This document shows, in pieces, positions 23,942-36,248 of a stretch of 64,000 nucleotides of DNA. Position 1 is the stretch's first letter; each line of letters opens with the position of its first letter. Under the pieces are notes generated by a model. That model saw nothing but the letters and a program-made list of their open reading frames with translations. It was not told the DNA's origin and searched no databases. The DNA is taken from assembly GCA_051294375.1 (NCBI GenBank), contig CM119264.1, positions 9,869,907 through 9,933,906 on the forward strand. The letters are read 5' to 3'. The stretch is from Paraspadella gotoi. Its lineage: Eukaryota > Animalia > Chaetognatha. A program made the position numbers and the translations under genes.

Positions 23942-24162
23942 ATGAAATTGGTACAACCAATATAAAATTTATTCATTAATTTAATAAATAAGCTATCTTG
24001 CCCCTGAATCTAGACAGGCTTTGGTGGTTTAAGGCCTTCATCACGCTTACATGATAATGACATAGCAGGTCCCTGCAAGCTTTCAATCAAGACTCTCTCA
24101 CACTCTCACACTCTCTCACTCTCTCACTCGCTCACAACAGTCTCGTTTATTCACTCCCAGAG
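23942..24162 (-). repeat. Short interspersed repeat family, copy 1 (LINE/SINE 3'-end-like with TGAA tail)
   Basis: Shares GCTATCTTGCCCCTGA...TTTAAGG...CAAGCTTTCAATCAAGACTCTCTCAC...ACTCCCAGAG with 27585-27752 and, inverted, with 27311-27444. Confidence 0.7.
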
Positions 24163-25232
24163 TACTTGGGATATATTATAATATGATAATTTAATAATAT
24201 AATAATTTGATATAATATTTCAAAGAATGTTTCAATTGTATGAAATATATAATAATCAAACAAATTCAGGTTTGCAGACATGATAAAAAGTTATGGGCAT
24301 GAATAAGAGAATAGAGTTACTTGAGATGATAAAGATTGAAGAGATGAGATCAGGTGGTAAGCGGTCTTGATATATATCATCGCAGAGGAATCAAAATCAA
24401 GAAAGCTAAATCAGATCAGCCAATCGAGATCCGACACGAATCCACCGGAAATAAAATCTAACTCTCTCATTGGTCGATAAACCAGTGGCACGGGCCAATG
24501 GTGGAATTTCATCTGTCTGCAAAAACTTTGTCTGTCATCCGCTTGAATTGTATAAATTGCCACGGTCCACAAATGTTATGTATCAGCGCGCAATTCTATT
24601 CTGGATTGATCCGAGAGAATTCAATATCGTCGAAACGAAGAGCGATCAGGTTATAAAATTTTTCATCCTGGTAAAAAAAAAAATAAAAAAATACTAAAAA
24701 AAAACGCAAAAAATTTTACTTGTAAAGAAGGCCTTACTGTTAAGCCGTCAGTTTCAATTAGAATAATGAATCTTTTTTTCAAACCTCACTTCCTCGTCTC
24801 ATTGAAACTTGAAAGACTATATTAAGTAAATCTCAAGCCAGAATACAATTTTTTTGATTCTACTATAAATAATAACCAACCATAATTGTTAGACCTTCCC
24901 TTTAGCGAACCATCAATCTGAGAGGCTTTCAAAGAAAGTAAAAATTCTGTTTGGAAGATTGGTATTGTTCAGGATCCCCTTTGCAATTTGCTTTCATCAA
25001 AAGTCAAAAGTGATAACTACTTCCTATTAATATTTTTATTCCTCTTCCTATTTTTATTCCTCTCAGTAGTCTTCTCATATCTTTTCTTTCTTAGTCTTAA
25101 TCTCTTTTCCAACATATTCTAATAGTAGGGGTAGCCGCACTCAATGGGGAAAGCCAAAAATTTACAGCGAGTACATGCTCAAATTTCTTTTTAAAAAAAT
25201 ATGTGATTAAACTTTCTTTCGTTGTGTTTGGG

Positions 25233-25396
25233 TTATTTGAGATTAAAGACGAAATCTTTTACATCAACTTTTTAAGGTGCATACAAGTTTCGGCTTTCAT
25301 TCAAGCCTTCATCAGTTGAATGAAAGCCGAAACTTGTATGCACATTTAAAAATAAAAATCGTTGATGTAAAAGATTTCGTCTTTAATCTCAAATAA
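25233..25396 (-). mobile_element. Fold-back palindrome containing a Penelope-type minimal hammerhead core (PLE inverted pseudo-LTR remnant)
   Basis: ~70-bp arms around the loop GCCTTCATCAG. Minus strand 25315-25282 reads CTGATGA-AGGC-ttgaatgaaa-GCC-GAAAC-TT-GTA. Confidence 0.65.
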
Positions 25397-25724
25397 AAAA
25401 AATTTAAAATTTAAAACCAGAAAATATTAAAATAACTATAATGAGTGTCATATATAAATTTAAGCAAACTTTATTTAATTGTAAAAATAAAAAAAAATTC
25501 CTTGAAAATTAATGTGCTTAAATTTTACTAGTACTGATTGACCATAATTTCAAATCAGTATTGACCCTTCTCCCTCCCTAAAGAGAGTTTATTCTGGTCT
25601 GTAGCACCCAAAAGAAAATTGGGTCCTTTTTTGGAAAACGACCTATTCCTGCTATTTATTTTTCTAAACTAAATTTTAGTTTTAATATCTAATGATTAAT
25701 CATAATCTTTTATCAAATACCTTA

Positions 25725-25900
25725 CTTAATCCTTAACCCTAATCTGACTGCATTAAAGATTTCCTTAATCTAAAACCCTAACCCTAACCGTTAACCCTTA
25801 ACCTAAACTAATGCCTCACATTAATCCATAACCATTATCCAGCTCCCCATCCTAATCCCTAATACCAAAGTCCAACCACATTCTTTAAACTTAACCTTTA
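25725..25900. repeat. Degenerate (CCCTAA)-like interstitial repeat
   Basis: aaaccctaaccctaaccgttaacccttaacctaaac and similar; strongly G-depleted strand. Confidence 0.5.
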
Positions 25901-26044
25901 ATTTAGTTTTTTAATCTAATAACTAATTTAATCCTCAATCGAGGCAGAAATGGGGCGCTTTTCGAAAATAGTTAAAAAAACTTAATCTCTGTATTTTTTG
26001 GTAACACAACCTCAGACACCTTAGTATTTATTCCTTGATAAAAA

Positions 26045-26353
26045 ATGGCAACAATCAAGCTATATCTCAACATCGTTCTTATTGCATTAGACTTAGTAAC
26101 GGATGTTTACACCACCGCTCAATTACTTAACGCGGAATCTCTTTATTTAAGAAGGATAGGTTGGTGCCTTTTATGCGTCTTATTGATGCACATCGCCGTC
26201 TCCGCCATCTACTCGCTGAAGATCATTTTCAAATATAAAAATCATTATCCTAATTTCTTCGGAAATTGGATGTGCGAGTGGTCAATGATCGCATTGCATA
26301 TAGTTGGTTTGGGAAATGTTGCTTTGATGATCAGCATTTATAACGATGAAAAG
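26045..26353 (+). CDS. XK-related (Xkr/CED-8 family) multipass membrane protein, exon 1
   Basis: aaaATGg start; LDLVTDV resembles the XK first-TM D-x-x-T/S-D motif; donor AAG|GTACGT in phase 0 (103 codons). Confidence 0.7.
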
Positions 26354-26895
26354 GTACGTGCCACTAATGATTAATGTCACTGATTAGTCGTTCATGTCAT
26401 TAAAGTCAGCAACAAATGGCTTGTTCATTGAATGAATGAATGAATGAATGAATGAATGAATGAATGAATGAATGAAAATTGTTTATGTATATTGTAACAA
26501 TTTTGATTTTGCTAGTAGTAAAAAATATTTCTTAAAGAGTAGTAATGGTTAATGATAATAGTGTATCTTCAACTTTTAGCGTCTAAAACAATATTTTTCT
26601 AATCATAATCTTTTGTAACATTAATAATAAAATGGTTCTTTTCAGTATGTATACTTTCGCACTTTTAAAAAAAAATTATATTTCAAAAACATTTTTCCCC
26701 CCCATTTTCCGCTTTCTTCCAACGTCTTAATCTTTCGTATACCGCACATTGAAATTTATGACATGGAATGCCTCATTATTAATAAATATATGTATCCCTC
26801 ATTAATAAATTTATGACATGGCATCTCTCATTTTTTAATTTATGGCCTGGCATCCCTCATCATTAAATTGATGACATTGCATATTGGATTTTAAG

Positions 26896-27188
26896 TTTAA
26901 TTCTATAAATTTCCACGGTGATCATTCCAAGCAAATTCTTCTCAAAAATCTTAATTTGCTTCACGTTTTTCTCGAGTCATGGCCGCAACTTTTGCTACAA
27001 ACGTCCGTCATCATTCTTACTTGGACGAACGATTTGACGAAACTGTGTTTGCACGAGACCATGTTCTTCAAAAAACCTCGACTGAAAAATTGGGGTTGGA
27101 TTTTGGCGGAAATTAGCGGATATGGTTTCAATATCACTGGGACTAAATGCCAGTGCGCTCCTTTTAATAAGCACGAAGGAGCTCTGAG
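26896..27188 (+). CDS. XK-related protein, exon 2 (alternative in-frame acceptor at 26932)
   Basis: Contains HVFLESWPQLLLQ, the XK signature E-x-x-P-Q-L-x-L-Q; acceptor ttttAAG| phase 0; donor AG|GTCAAT phase 2 (weak consensus but phase-consistent with exon 3). Confidence 0.65.
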
Positions 27189-27310
27189 GTCAATTGCCAG
27201 AGAGACATTAAATTTTTTTGGGGGGGGAGGAGGGGAACTTGGTGCTAATTAGATTGAAATAATTAAATTAAAATGTCAATGTTCTAATGTCGATAAAAAA
27301 ATTTTATTCT

Positions 27311-27444
27311 CAGGGATCACATTATGTCATTATCTTGTGAGAGTGATGAAGGCCTTAAACCTCCACACTGTTGAGTACACAGCCTGTCCAAAGTCTGGGG
27401 CAAGATAGCATATTTATTGAATGAATGAATTAATGAATGAATGA
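27311..27444 (+). repeat. Short interspersed repeat family, copy 2 (sense, with (TGAA)n tail), in XK intron 2
   Basis: CAGGGA..TATGTCATTATC..GTGATGAAGGCCTTAAAC..GCCTGTCCAAAGTCTGGGGCAAGATAGC followed by TGAATGAA; reverse complement of copies 1 and 3. Confidence 0.7.
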
Positions 27445-27584
27445 TTTTTATTTTGGTGGTACTAATTTAATATATATATGTCGAGCGAAATTTTTTTTAT
27501 GATAGCCATCTGTGAAATTTAAAAGCTGATAATCGATTCTTTGTTTACTTAATTAATTTTCCTTTTACATACATTTCTCATCTA

Positions 27585-27750
27585 ATGAAATTGGTACAAC
27601 CAATATGGAAGTTATCCATTCATTTAATTAAGAGGCTATCTTGCCCCTGACTTTGGACAGCCTTTGGTAGTTTAAGGTCTCCATCACTCTTACAAGCTTT
27701 CAATCAAGACTCTCTCACGCTCTCTCACTCTCTCACTCTCTCACTCCCAG
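27585..27750 (-). repeat. Short interspersed repeat family, copy 3, forming the 3' end of XK intron 2
   Basis: Direct repeat of 23942-24162 with an internal deletion; its (CTCTCA)n tract and CCCAG form the exon-3 acceptor. Confidence 0.7.
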
Positions 27751-29557
27751 AGGATCTGTCTTCACTATCAATGACGTTTTTGTGTGTGCTTGGTCTATCA
27801 GCGAGTATCAAACTATAATTTCTATTTCATTTTCTACATTTTGTTTGGCTAAAGCGGCAATAGATAACCGGCATTCGAATGAACCATTATTAATTTCAGG
27901 AAATTTAATTTTCCTTTCAAATGTTTGCCAAACAATAGGTTTACTGCAATGCATCGTCGGCTTGACTGTATTTCTCTATATCTTAAGTATAAGTAGCCTA
28001 AAAGTTTCTCCTTGGATCCTTATGGCCATTCTGTTTATGCCTTTAAGGGTTTTTACAACATCTGAACTGAATATGCTTTTTCGAGGATTATATAAAAACA
28101 GCAATCATCATCCGGGGATTAATTACGGAAAACCAAACTTTCTACAAATGATCTTAGCGCCGTGGGTCACTATATCTCTTTTTTCTTTGGTTGTCGCTAT
28201 TAATTTGATCGATCTTTTAGACTTCAGCGCAATTTACCAAAAAACGAGTTTTTGGAAAATCGTACGCGATTATTCTCCTTTGATTAGATTTGCATATAGA
28301 TTTACGTCTTTCCGAAATCCATTATTGAGAAAATACTCTCGTTTTTGCACGAGTGGGATTCAATTAAATTCTCGATCACTAAAATTGTTGGGAAAGATTT
28401 TTAAATATGAAAAGGATTGCAATAATCTTAATCCTTTTAGATTTGGATATTTAATACAGAATTATAGAACCGGAAATTATCTCCTAATGCGACCCGATTT
28501 TGGGTTGTACACGATTTTACTGCTGATAGATACATCTCTTAGTATTCTGTACTCCACTTTATTTTTGATTGTAAAAAAGTCAGTGAAGGAATTCTTATTG
28601 GCGTTATTTTCTATTTTAAGTTCCTTTATTATCATTTACCTCAGTCTTTATCATTTTATATTTCACGTTAACATCGCGCACATTGGCAGAAATACCATTC
28701 GCTCAAGTATTTCCAGTTACCTTTTGCTAAAAACCCCAAGTAAAGCTATTAAAGACGATGATGCTTTTTTTCTAAGCCAACTGTATGAATCTCATTGTCA
28801 CCTTTTTAAATTTTTAAGCTTAATATCCAAGTATTCTTCTTTAGTAACGATGATAGTATTGGTATTTAACGTGGGAAATTTATATTCGAATCTCAACAAA
28901 TGGGCATTACGTTTTTTATTTTCTATACTGGGGGGCATAGTTTCTTTCATCATTCCCATTACAGTATATATTTTTATATATATTTTTCTGGAACAAAATA
29001 CATTACGGTACAAAGTATTAGAAAAGCCATTCAACTGCGTTACATCGTTTCAAGAGTGTGCCGAACCCCTTCTCATTAAATTAATTTCTTTTTTCTACTT
29101 AAAATTCAACTTTTTTTATATATTTGGTTTATCATTACTGCCTTTTTTCAAATTTGTTTGTACGATGATACCTTGCAATAAACGAAGCCGTAATATCGGC
29201 CTCAGAGTCCAAGCAATTCGAATTATTTTGGGTTGTCTCATATTTACTTTTGTTTATAAATTCACGATGCATGTCCAACGGCCAAGCGAGCAAATTGATC
29301 ACCTTATATACGCGAATCTGTCCCATCCTAGACGCGATCTCTTGGCTCGGAAGGCAAGAAATTCTTTCGAAAGCGAGTTCATTTCGCCCATTTACGATTT
29401 GTTGTACCCGTTGTTTATGGAGCAGAATGTCATTTCAAACGCAACGGCTTTTGTCGATGAAATAAACGAGGTTTTCAATAGATTTATCCAAAAAGGTCCC
29501 AACCTTCTAGTACTTTTATTTTTATTTATCCCTGCTGTAGTGATCTTGAGTTATTGA
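27751..29557 (+). CDS. XK-related protein, exon 3 (long hydrophobic multi-TM C-terminal region)
   Basis: Acceptor ctctcactcccAG|A in phase 2 (AG+A=Arg); 1.8-kb uninterrupted frame in AT-rich DNA; ISISFSTFCLA resembles the S-x-x-x-S TM segment after the PQL motif. Total CDS 309+293+1807=2409 bp (802 aa). Confidence 0.75.
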
Positions 29558-29734
29558 ATGAATAATTATGAGAGATGAGACCAAAAGGGAATTTATCGTC
29601 ATAATTCTATTAAAACAAGTAAATTTGTTAAAGAGTTTATAAAGATTTTTATCTGAATTGAGCCCTGACCTTTTATTTTTTAATGGTTCAAATATCTGAG
29701 TTTAAAGTTTAATTGAATGACTCCAATAGTTCTG

Positions 29735-30190
29735 TTTAATGTCTCTAATTGGTTGAATTTTATACCTTGAATTTGAATATCTGGTCTCTCATTGGTTAAT
29801 AATAACTAGTAGATGTTTTGATCTTATTCTTAAAATGTGAATTCTCCTCTCATTGGTTGTAATAATTGTGTCCTTTGTATATAAAAGGAGAGTAAATTCT
29901 TAATTTTTGGGAGATTCCTCTGAGACCATCAGGTATTAAATGATATTTGTGAAATTATTTGAATATGGTAATTAATCTTAAGCTTTTATGTAGCTTTGAG
30001 CTGTTGCTGCGTCTCGGCTCTGCTGCTACTGATGCTGCGTCTCGGTTCTGTTGCTGCATCTCGGTTCTACTGCTACTGTTGCTGCGTATCGGCTCTACTG
30101 CTGCTGCTGTATTTTGGTTCTCTGTCATTCTGATGCACGTTTTTCAATGATTATTGGATATTGAATACTTAATAAAGTTATTATTCTATT
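29735..30190 (+). promoter_or_regulatory. LTR/promoter-like segment (3x ATTGG, TATA box, short tandem repeat, AATAAA)
   Basis: ATTGGTT at ~29748, ~29791 and ~29852; TATATAAAAGG at ~29878; (TGCTGCGTCTCGGCTC)-like tandem units at 30000-30110; AATAAA at ~30171. Boundaries and TSD not identified. Confidence 0.3.
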
Positions 30191-30644
30191 TTTATCTTTT
30201 GATATAAGGATTGAGTTAATATTAAGTCGAGATTAAGCACTGCTCAAACAATGTTCTCATCTGAAACTGAGAAACCCCCCAAGGAATCTTCTTTAAAATT
30301 GGTATAAATTATAAATGGTTCTTTTAATTTAGCAAATTGATGCAAATTACAATTTGAACCAATTTATCATTACAATTTTTGAAATTTGTAATACTAACCT
30401 TTATTTAATTTTTTAATCTTTATCAGAATCCATTTTTAAAAATTTAATTTTTCTAAAATAATTTTAAGCATTTTTTCTATTATTAAATATTAAAATGCTT
30501 CCATGCATGAGGAAAAAGAATGTAATCAAAATCTGACATCATAAGTCAATTTGGTTGTAAAAAGATAAAATACTTTTATTGCAGACTGTTTCATCTCGTT
30601 AAAAATGTTAAATTCTGGCCCGCCTTAATGAATAGCTCAGAGAA

Positions 30645-30710
30645 TATGTAGGATTCGATCCAGGACATTGGGACGAAGGTCAACATGCGCGACACGATAC
30701 AAATGGGCCC
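30645..30710 (-). mobile_element. Degenerate tRNA-like SINE head
   Basis: Minus strand ...GTCCTGGATCGAATCCTAC, a B-box-like motif at tRNA-like spacing from GGCCCATTTG. Confidence 0.3.
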
Positions 30711-31012
30711 TCACCGATTAGATTTGGACCCGTTAACTTAAATTTACTATCGTTTCGAGATACAAATAAAAGAAAACATTAAAAGAAACATTAAAAATAA
30801 AATCGAACTTATTTTAAACTCCGAAAACGAAAATAAGGAAGTGAAGAGTAAGCTATGATAAACGAGCGTGACGTTTCACGAAGGGTAAGGCGACGAGACG
30901 AGACCGCGGAGTGAGGCGAGACTCGCGTTCGGGTGAGTAACGATCGTCGAGAGCGAAACGCGAGAGAAAATCGTTGGTGATGAAAGTTGGCGGGACGTGG
31001 GGCGGGAAAAGT

Positions 31013-31085
31013 AGGAGCCGATGGAGCCAAAGGAACCGGTGGAGCCGATGGAGCCAAAGGAACCGGTGGAGCCGATGGCGCCGAC
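31013..31085. repeat. 27-bp minisatellite (GGAGCCGATGGAGCCAAAGGAACCGGT), ~2.5 units, with 9-bp sub-periodicity
   Basis: Read directly; translates as GADGAKGTG (+), or APSAPPVPL / GSIGSTGSF (-). Confidence 0.8.
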
Positions 31086-34000
31086 GAAGCCGGTAAGGCC
31101 TTCTGGGTAGGAGCCTTGAAACACTAAGTCCATGGCTATCGATGGCGCCGACGTAGCGAGTTTGATATGAACAAAGTCTATGTTGCAGTCGTTAAGCTTC
31201 TTGGAACGCATCGTCCACTGGAGCCAATGGTGCAAGTTTAGAGATAATGTTGTAGGCAGTGTATGATGTAGTGGTAGTGGAGGGTATATAGTAAAAGCGC
31301 TTTGATTAGAATGCAACATGGTTGATTCGGTACAATCATCAATAACATTGCTTATTTTTTAAATTTCTAAATTTTAAATTTCTTACAAAACACCGCTGAT
31401 TAAAATATAATTTTAATTCTTTCATTATTATAGGGGAATAGATTTTATTATTTGAAACATTTGTTGAAAACGCGACTTCCTTCTGTAAAATCAGTGCCAA
31501 AAGTTTTGTTAAAGAATTCATTGTGTTTGAGCAGATATTGTTATATTCAAAGCATAGGCTGAGATTTTGTTGGAGCCGGCGGTGAAATTGAAGCAAACAT
31601 CTCCTCGGAGACCGAGGTGCGGATGGAGCCCAACGCGTCGCGTCTCGAAGCTGAGCCTTCATACGTGTTCGGCTACGTCGCCAGGTGGGGAAGTGAGGAG
31701 CTAAAAGAGACCAAAGTGTGTAGGAAAGAAATTAGGGATGGTGTTTATATGCATAATACATATGTAATAAATATGTAATTACAATGAAGAAAATTACATG
31801 AGACTCAAGAAGGAAATAGGTTGCAATGGAATGAACTTACTAAAAAATTCCTTATATTAATAACCAGCTTCAAAACTGATTAGTTTTGTCATTACTGACA
31901 CTTTAGGAAATTATGGGTCAGTGGAACCAAGTCTCATGGAAAATAAAATATTGGGAAAAGATTTGTTGTGTTGTATTTGACTTGTTACTCATGGGAATTT
32001 AAACTGGGAACGCTGGTGAATTCGGTTTACCGTCGCGAGAGAACGGAGACGGTGAAAGCGGAGGCAGTAGTGAAAAGAGGGAATAGCGGAGGCGTGATAG
32101 CTATAGCGGGAGTGGCAGGGATTTCGGGCGCACGATTTCGCTAAAGTTGTGGACTGTGGGCGTGGAATGTGGGGCAGCGATGTGAAAGAGGGTGGGAGTT
32201 GTGGCATGCAAGAAAAAAAAAGAATTTTACTCGACTTGGAAATTATGAGTCCCGGAAGAAAAGCGAAGGAAAGAAGACGAGGGAGGCGAGAGACGAACGC
32301 AGCGCCAACTTCTGGCGCGAAAAAAAAAAAGATGGGAAGGGAGGAAAGAGATTTCCGCGAGACGGAAAACACCGGGAGGAAAGAAAACAGATGGGAGAAG
32401 GGGAAAGACGGGAGGAAATGAGAAGGGGGGAGGAAAGGAAAGTGGGAAGGAAAGGAAAGAGGGGAGGAAAGGAAAGAAGGGGGAAAATTGGAGGAGAGGA
32501 GAGGAAAGGAAAAAAGACGATAAGTGGATTGGGAGAAAAAAAAACTTAAGGGAGGAAAGGAAAGAGGGTGGAAAAGGAAAGAGAGGTTAACAGTGAAAAG
32601 AGAGATGGGGAAAAAAAAAGAAAGGTGAAGGAGCAGCGGTGGAAAAAAAATCTAAGGAGAGATTGGAAATGGGTGGAGAAAAAAAGGGAGAAGAGAAAAG
32701 AGAAGAGGGAGATCAAGAGAAGAGAGAAAAGGAAAGAGTGGGAAATATAAACAGAGTGGAGAGGAGAAAGTATGGGAATTGAAAACAGAGCGGAAATGGG
32801 AAACTTGTTAAAAAAGTAAAATATTTGGATAGAAAAGAAAATAAAGGTTCGAGCCGAGGCGAGGTGGCTTAAGGGGATGGGAAGTGTTAAAGGATGTAAA
32901 GGTTGAAAGATTTGGGAAACAAAGTGGAGGCGCGATTGCAAAGATAAGAGAGGAGGTGATATCCTGGTGTGAAAGGGGAAGTTATAGGGGAAAATAGGAG
33001 ATTGCTAAACTTGAAATATTCAAATTTGTAACATGGTTACAAATAAAATCTAAAGAAACAAAAAGAGAGAATATAAAAATTAGTTAAATAATTCAACCAA
33101 GTTCCTTGGACGACGGAGAAAAAAAAACCTCCGGCGGAGATCGAGTGAAATCTCGAGCGAAGAAAAGTAGGAATAGGGAAAGGAAGAGGGTAAGGCGGCG
33201 AACCGAATGAGAATCGGGTGGAATAAATCCGAATAAATTGGAATAAAAGTGGAATATGGTGGAATAAAAGAATAACTTATTCCCCGATAGAATAACCCGA
33301 GGATGAGTGAACTTTCTTCCAAGTGATACTCGAAAATAATTCTGACGCGGGTAAGAAAGACGGACGGATAGACAAGACTTACTACTACTTACCGTTAACT
33401 AAAGTCAAAAAATGACTTAAAAAAAAAAGCGACCTTCACAATTCTATGTTTTTCTAAAAGGCTAAAAAATGCTGCCCCAATCATTTTAGCCAGACGATTA
33501 AGTATAAAGTTAAAGAGATTCAAAGAGATGAATATTTTTTGTGTAAATCTGTTCTTTGGATAGAATTATTGATAAAATATTAACTAGTTTCTGCGTGTAC
33601 CATCTTCACCGTCGCAGCCTGATTGACAAAGGTTAACGTAGATACCTCACCCGAGAGCTAATATCATATATATTTTTTAGAATATATTTTTTAATGCCGG
33701 TCCCTGGAGGATGATATCAATATTCACTTGCAAAAAACCGTTTTTAAATTCCTAACATGATTTCAGAGATATAGTCATAAACGTCAGCCTTGAAAGGCAA
33801 AATTTGTCAGAATAAAATTTTCGAGTTCCTTCTTAGATTTCTGACGAGCAGTACAAACTATTTAAAAAAGAAGGAAACGTTTCACTGATGTTCTTCCATC
33901 ATAATCCATAAATGAGTAAGACAATTGGGTACACTGATAGTCATAAGTCTCAAGAGGGCAGAAATTGTTCTTTAGGTTTTATTTTGAAATTTAGGTATTG

Positions 34001-35566
34001 TACCAATAGGATAAATTAATGAGATACTCCTGCTCTGCCGAAATTTTTATTTAACAAAGATTTGTACTGCGTAGTTCAAATCTTTAGTTCTCTAACGGTA
34101 AAAAAAGTTATTTTCTTGAATAACTTTTGAAAGAAAAGAGATAGGAACGTGGGCGAGGTATTAAATTTAAGCCCTAATCATGGGACACCTTTCTAAAAAG
34201 TTTTATTAAATTTTATCCATAAATCTTTACACAGCCTTTATTTAAATCGGAGTTAAAAGTATAAACAGTTTTTTGCATTAAAAATTTCATTGAAGCTATA
34301 TGAAATTTGTTGTTTTCTTTCTTAAATTGAAAAAGGAAGGACTAAATTACATTTTGATTACCATTAAATTTTCTCTACTGCATAAAATTGCTTGCATTTT
34401 TCAGTTAAAGTAAAAAACAAGCAAAAATTTATGTAGTAGCTTGATAAAATGTTTTTTTTGAATATAAAAAATGATAATACAAAAATGTTTTCAGCTTAAT
34501 ATAAACAGTTTGGACGTCTACCTTCTTGTCTGTGGAGAAAAATCGTCTTTTTCATTATCTTCAACTGCAAACAAAAAGCTTGACACACTGCTTGTTTATC
34601 ATAATAAAATTTTAAAAAATTACATAGCTGGGAACATATTTGACTAAGCAAGACATCATTGTGTTAAATTGTATTGAAATATTTTTTTAAATAGAAAAAA
34701 AGATAATTTATTTTAGCTTTCTTTTTATTTCTTTTTAAATAAAAATTTCAGTGAAGAAAAAAAAAAATTAAAATCTATCATCTTGAATGTCATTGTTTAC
34801 TGATTAAAAGGTAAAATTTTTTAATTCGCCCTTTTGCCCCCTAGCCCCAAGACATGGAAGTGCCCAAAACTTTTAAAAACATTTTTACTTGATGTGCATA
34901 CAGGCGGAACCCGCATTCTGATTTTTGTATTTTCCCTTTCAAACATATTAAAATAAAATAATTATTTTCGAGATGTTCGACGGTGACAATGCCACTGGTA
35001 AGGCTTCGTTACCTCACTTCCCGAATGAATTTTTAACGAGATTTTTTTCCGTCTATTCGAGACATAACACTAACTATTGATATTACTAGTTTTTTGATTC
35101 ACACAATCTACTTCGCGTAATCAGAGAAACGTTTAGCGTGTCAAAAAATAGGGTAAAAATGAGTACGTTTCTGACAAAATTAAAAATCGATGGAGGAATC
35201 TAGTTAACGTTCCAATGCTACCAAACGTCGTTTTGGTTTTGGTTTTGGTCCCCTTTGCCGAATGTCAAATGCCAAGCGAAACCGAAATTGGAAGGTCAAG
35301 TTTTTCATGTTTTGCCCCTTGCCAATGATAAGCACCAAAAAATAGTTTATTTATTTATTTTGTTTTTTTCCCCAAAGTTTTCCTGACCTCCGATTTTTTT
35401 TCTTTAACACAATTTTTTTTTCCTCCTGAATTTCCTTTTTTTACTTTTTATTTTCGATTTTTTTTTTACGATTCCTTCCCTTATCCCATTTATTTTCTTG
35501 GCGGTAACCTAACCCAAGATAAACAGTAATTATCGATTTGGTCACAAAAACAATGAAAAAGGAGAG

Positions 35567-35614
<48 letters not shown>

Positions 35615-36189
35615 TTCGTGGATGTTCTTGAAATCGAGTTTTAAACTACACGAACGAAAGAGAGCGAGAGAAAGGTAGAGAGAGAAACCGAGAGCGAGTT
35701 AACAAGAGAGAAACAGAGCTCCATATTCAATGAGCACCAACCAGGTCCCAGGATACCAAGGGTAAAAAAAAAACTCTTTAAAAACACCGAAGGGGGGAGT
35801 CAGTTCGGTTTTTTTTTCTTTCTTTCTTTTTTTCCATTTTTTTTTGGTGAAAATAAGATTACACGCGCAAAAAATTTGATGAGTTGACGCGTTGGGGATC
35901 GAGAGGTTTTTCGCGAGTCGGAGGGGGGGGCAGAGGAACTTGGGTGGCACCCACCCTCTGGTAAGAAGGGTGGATAGGGTGAGTAAGCTTTGTTGAAAAG
36001 AATGGTCCACGCCTTCGAAGATTAAAAAAAAAGTCGTAAACCAATAAAAAGCCTGTTTCTTAGCAAATTCCCATTTCAATGAATTTTAATCTCGTTTGAA
36101 GACCAAACAAGGTCGACTTTTTTCCGGAATTTTCTGGCTAAATCACAAGATTGGCGCCAACTAGCGTTCGGTTCACTCTTCTTTGCTTT

Positions 36190-36248
<59 letters not shown>

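Noticed and set aside
27314-27408. Apparent extra XK exon after ttctcAG, with an in-frame TGT-TGA suggestive of selenocysteine
   Set aside because: The segment is a copy of an interspersed repeat also found intergenically at ~24 kb, and exons 2 and 3 already join in phase without it.
33841-33862. CTGACGAGCAGTACAAAC hammerhead-like motif
   Set aside because: Lacks the G of GAAA and has no stem I or III.
33600-35350. AT-rich microsatellite-free block resembling DNA-transposon remnant (also 55000-56640)
   Set aside because: No TIRs, TSDs or transposase ORF could be identified by eye.
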